From Rhizaria sp. SCN 62-66 (Eukaryota): DNA of 64,000 nt. The stretch's first letter is position 1. Each line of letters begins with the position of its first letter. The stretch lies in assembly GCA_001724265.1 (NCBI GenBank), contig MEDY01000048.1, forward strand, positions 1 to 64,000, read 5' to 3'. The notes below the pieces were generated by a model that worked only from the letters and a program-made list of their open reading frames with translations, made no database searches and was not told where the DNA came from. Positions 61,438 to 64,000 of the stretch are shown here, in pieces. A program made the position numbers and the translations under genes.

Positions 61438-64000
61438 TTACTCGTTTGCGATGCTGCCGTCCTCGTCAACAACGCCTCCACCGGCGACACCCTGACTCGG
61501 ACTCGGCAGTCCGCTCTGCACGAAGATCTTATTCCCCGCCGCATCCTCCTCCTCCTCCTCTTCCTCCTCGATGTCGTCGTCGCTGCCAGCCCACGCCGCA
61601 GAGCGCATAGCGCGCCACCGCCGCTGCCGCCGCTGCGCCCCTGCAGTCGCGCCCGCACCGGCCGCCCCCGCCCCCGCCCCTGCAGCCCCCGCAGCGCCAG
61701 CGGCGCCGCTGGCCGTGCTGGCGGCGGCGACGGCGGCGGCGGCGCGGCGGCTGAGCGCGGTGACAGCCGACGACGGCGCGCTCGCGGAACTCCTGCTCGC
61801 GTTCGGACCACTCACAGTACTACCGCCGGCCGCGGTCGCGGTCGCACTGGCACTGGCGCTCGCACTGCCAGTGGTGGCCGGAGCAGTCTCGCCGCTCTTC
61901 AAACCATTCGCATTCGCAACAGCGCTCGCACTCATGCTCGAACTAGAGCTAGAGCTCGCAGAGCTAGAGCTCACAGTGGAAGTCGCAGCGGTGGGAGAAC
62001 CGTCGGCGGCGCTGGGGGTGAATGTTGGCGCCGCCGCGTCAAACGGCGACGTCTCCACGCTCGCTTCCAGCACGTCGAGCCGGGGGTCGACGACGACGGT
62101 GCCGTGGCCGCTGAGGCGCCGCTTGATGTCCCACTCCAGCATCCCCAGCCGCCGCCACCGGCCGAGCCACGCGCGCGCCGACTCGGCGGGCGGCAGCGCG
62201 GCGGCCGCGGCGGCGGCGCGCGCGGCGAGGGCGTCGGCCGAGTCGTCGCTTGGGTCGGGGTCGCTGCGGACCACAGCGGCGCTCACCACGAAAGCACTGC
62301 TTGCGCTGCTGCTATCAGCCGTACCGCCTAGGAGATTCCCGCTCGTGCTGCTGGTGATGCTGTTGTTATTGGGGTTGGTGGGGATTGCGGAGAGGTCGGT
62401 TGCGAAGAGATCGGCCTCACTGTCGCTCGCATCTGTTCCGGACACAGGATCCCAGTCATAGCCGCAGCCGTCGCCGCCGTTGTCGACGTCGCCGCCAGCA
62501 GCAGCGCCCACGCTCTTGCCTCCCCACAGAGCGAGATGGCCGCCGCCGCCGCTCTTGCTGTTGCGGGAGCTGTTCTGCTGTGGGACGGGCGGCAATGTGC
62601 GGGGGTAAAAGCCCTGTGTGTGCGTGTTGACGATCTCGGTCACCGCGGCCGGGGTTAAGAACAGCGGGCCGCTAGCGCTCGCAGTCGCGCTCGCACTCGC
62701 AGCGGGGGAGTTCGACGACTCAGCGGCACTACTGCTACCACCCTTACCCGCGCCCGCAGTGGCAGCATTAGAACTAGAGCTCGAGCTAGAACTAGAGCTC
62801 GAATTAGAGTTGTTGTTGTTGTTGTTGTTGTTGTTGTTGCTGTTGGCGGGTGTGTAGGATTCGATTATGGTGAGCATCGACCGCATGTCGCCGTCACCGC
62901 CTTCACCGGGACCCAGAACCACCGCGCCCGCGCCCGCGCCGGGGCCAGCGTCCACATTCGCACTCGCCGTTGCAGTCTTAGCTGTGGAGCTACCGGTGCT
63001 GTTTGGAGTGGGAAGGACTGTGAGGATGGGCGAGCGGCTCGGGCTGCGACTAAGAGCGGCAATAGCGCTGTTACTCGCACTTCCACTAGAGCTAGAGCCA
63101 GTGCTAGAGCCAGGGGGATTGAAGCTGAAGCTGCTCAGAGTCGTCGTTGTCGTAGTGGCACTGTTCCCGTTGCTGAGTGTGATAGGGCTAGGACTGGGGA
63201 TGTCCGAGGGTTTCGGCGTCGGCAGCGTAAACGCGTCGCTTACACCGCGATTAGCATCACTGGCAGCGTTTGCGCGGTCAGACTTCGCGCTCGCGCTCGC
63301 GCTCGCGCTCACGCTGTTGCTCTCATCGCCGTTGTTGTTCTCGCTGTTGCTGCTGCTAGATATGGCCGTGGTAAGCGCGGCAGCGCTGCTCCTGTCGACT
63401 TCGTAGGGGGACTGGGGCGAGGTGGGGCCGCTGGTGAGACCGCAGGAAGCAGCGGAAGACAGTGCAAGCGCTATGGCGTCGGGGCCGTTGTCCGCGTCGT
63501 CGTCGCCGCTGCCACCCGCCCTGCCAGTCTTGGCCTCCGTCTTCGGAGTCGCCCTCGCAATCTCAGCGCTCGCACTCGCGGTCGCGGTCGCGGCGTCGGG
63601 CGGCGTCGTTACGTCGACAGTCTCTGGCGTGGTCACGGTGTCGGTGTCGGTCTCGGCCACAGTCACTGAGGGCGACTGCTGGGTCACAGCATCACTCAGC
63701 GCCGTCGCGGTTGCAGTCGCGGTCGCCGTCTCAGTGGTGGCAGGTGACTGTGCGTCGTCGGCGATGACAGTAACGGCCGCAGTCTCAGTCGCAACGTCAT
63801 TGGCTGAGACGTCGGCATCGCCACTCGACGCAGAATCAGCTGTCTTGTTGCCAGCATCAGCGCTCGAAGCCGTCTTGTTTGACTCACTGTCGGCAGCTGC
63901 AGTCGCTGGGGCACGAACATCCTTGCTCGCCTCAGTTGCGGTCTCAGTCTCAGTCGCTCTAGCGGCCTCGGCATTGCTGTCAACAGCAGCCGCATCCCTA
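61438..64000 (-). CDS. 3' part of a large unknown low-complexity protein; the start lies beyond the window end
   Basis: The frame of ORF 61438..63687 stays open to nt 63999. It has short ordered-looking islands (LFLTPAAVTEIVNTHTQGFYP; ARAWLGRWRRLGMLEWDIKRRL) and an acidic tail. Confidence 0.65.
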   Translation of the reverse strand, partial: RDAAAVDSNAEAARATETETATEASKDVRAPATAAADSESNKTASSADAGNKTADSASSGDADVSANDVATETAAVTVIADDAQSPATTETATATATATALSDAVTQQSPSVTVAETDTDTVTTPETVDVTTPPDAATATASASAEIARATPKTEAKTGRAGGSGDDDADNGPDAIALALSSAASCGLTSGPTSPQSPYEVDRSSAAALTTAISSSSNSENNNGDESNSVSASASASAKSDRANAASDANRGVSDAFTLPTPKPSDIPSPSPITLSNGNSATTTTTTLSSFSFNPPGSSTGSSSSGSASNSAIAALSRSPSRSPILTVLPTPNSTGSSTAKTATASANVDAGPGAGAGAVVLGPGEGGDGDMRSMLTIIESYTPANSNNNNNNNNNNSNSSSSSSSSSSSNAATAGAGKGGSSSAAESSNSPAASASATASASGPLFLTPAAVTEIVNTHTQGFYPRTLPPVPQQNSSRNSKSGGGGHLALWGGKSVGAAAGGDVDNGGDGCGYDWDPVSGTDASDSEADLFATDLSAIPTNPNNNSITSSTSGNLLGGTADSSSASSAFVVSAAVVRSDPDPSDDSADALAARAAAAAAALPPAESARAWLGRWRRLGMLEWDIKRRLSGHGTVVVDPRLDVLEASVETSPFDAAAPTFTPSAADGSPTAATSTVSSSSASSSSSSSMSASAVANANGLKSGETAPATTGSASASASATATAAGGSTVSGPNASRSSASAPSSAVTALSRRAAAAVAAASTASGAAGAAGAAGAGAGAAGAGATAGAQRRQRRWRAMRSAAWAGSDDDIEEEEEEEEDAAGNKIFVQSGLPSPSQGVAGGGVVDEDGSIANE

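Noticed and set aside
1-64000. Alternative genetic code or stop-codon reassignment
   Set aside because: All spliced models are open under the standard code and end at TAA or TGA; apparent internal stops fall in introns.

Overview
Gene-dense genomic DNA from a unicellular eukaryote (lineage not determinable from the sequence; standard genetic code). It has GC-rich exons, short AT-rich spliceosomal introns (116-220 nt, donor consensus GTACGY) and AT-rich intergenic spacers. By hand-splicing I reconstruct about 15 genes: a Crinkler/RHS-type NTPase plus REase protein (truncated at the window start), a secreted Gly/Pro-rich protein, a TMEM68/DGAT2-like acyltransferase, a membrane-anchored cathepsin Z-like protease with a remodelled active site, an unknown coiled-coil gene with an internal frame switch, LAMTOR4, an EF-hand protein, a secreted kelch protein, a ~5945-aa PP2C protein, ATG7, RPAP1, a Tim22-like translocase, two adjacent MGN-starting His/Gly-rich genes and a truncated low-complexity gene. 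Main hunt results: (1) a 77-aa MGNC-capped His/Gly peptide gene and its His/Cys-rich neighbour, whose His-rich frames are both missing from the ORF track and which share micro-exon architecture; (2) a 20-bp imperfect palindrome (GTCTAAG-TACCCC-CTTAGAC) and an 11-mer (GTGACCGTGGG) that recur inside coding sequence in both orientations and several frames, implying DNA-level signals overlaid on low-complexity protein inserts; (3) the CRN/RHS gene and a possible decayed relic of its N-terminus. All family assignments are from recalled motifs, not database searches.
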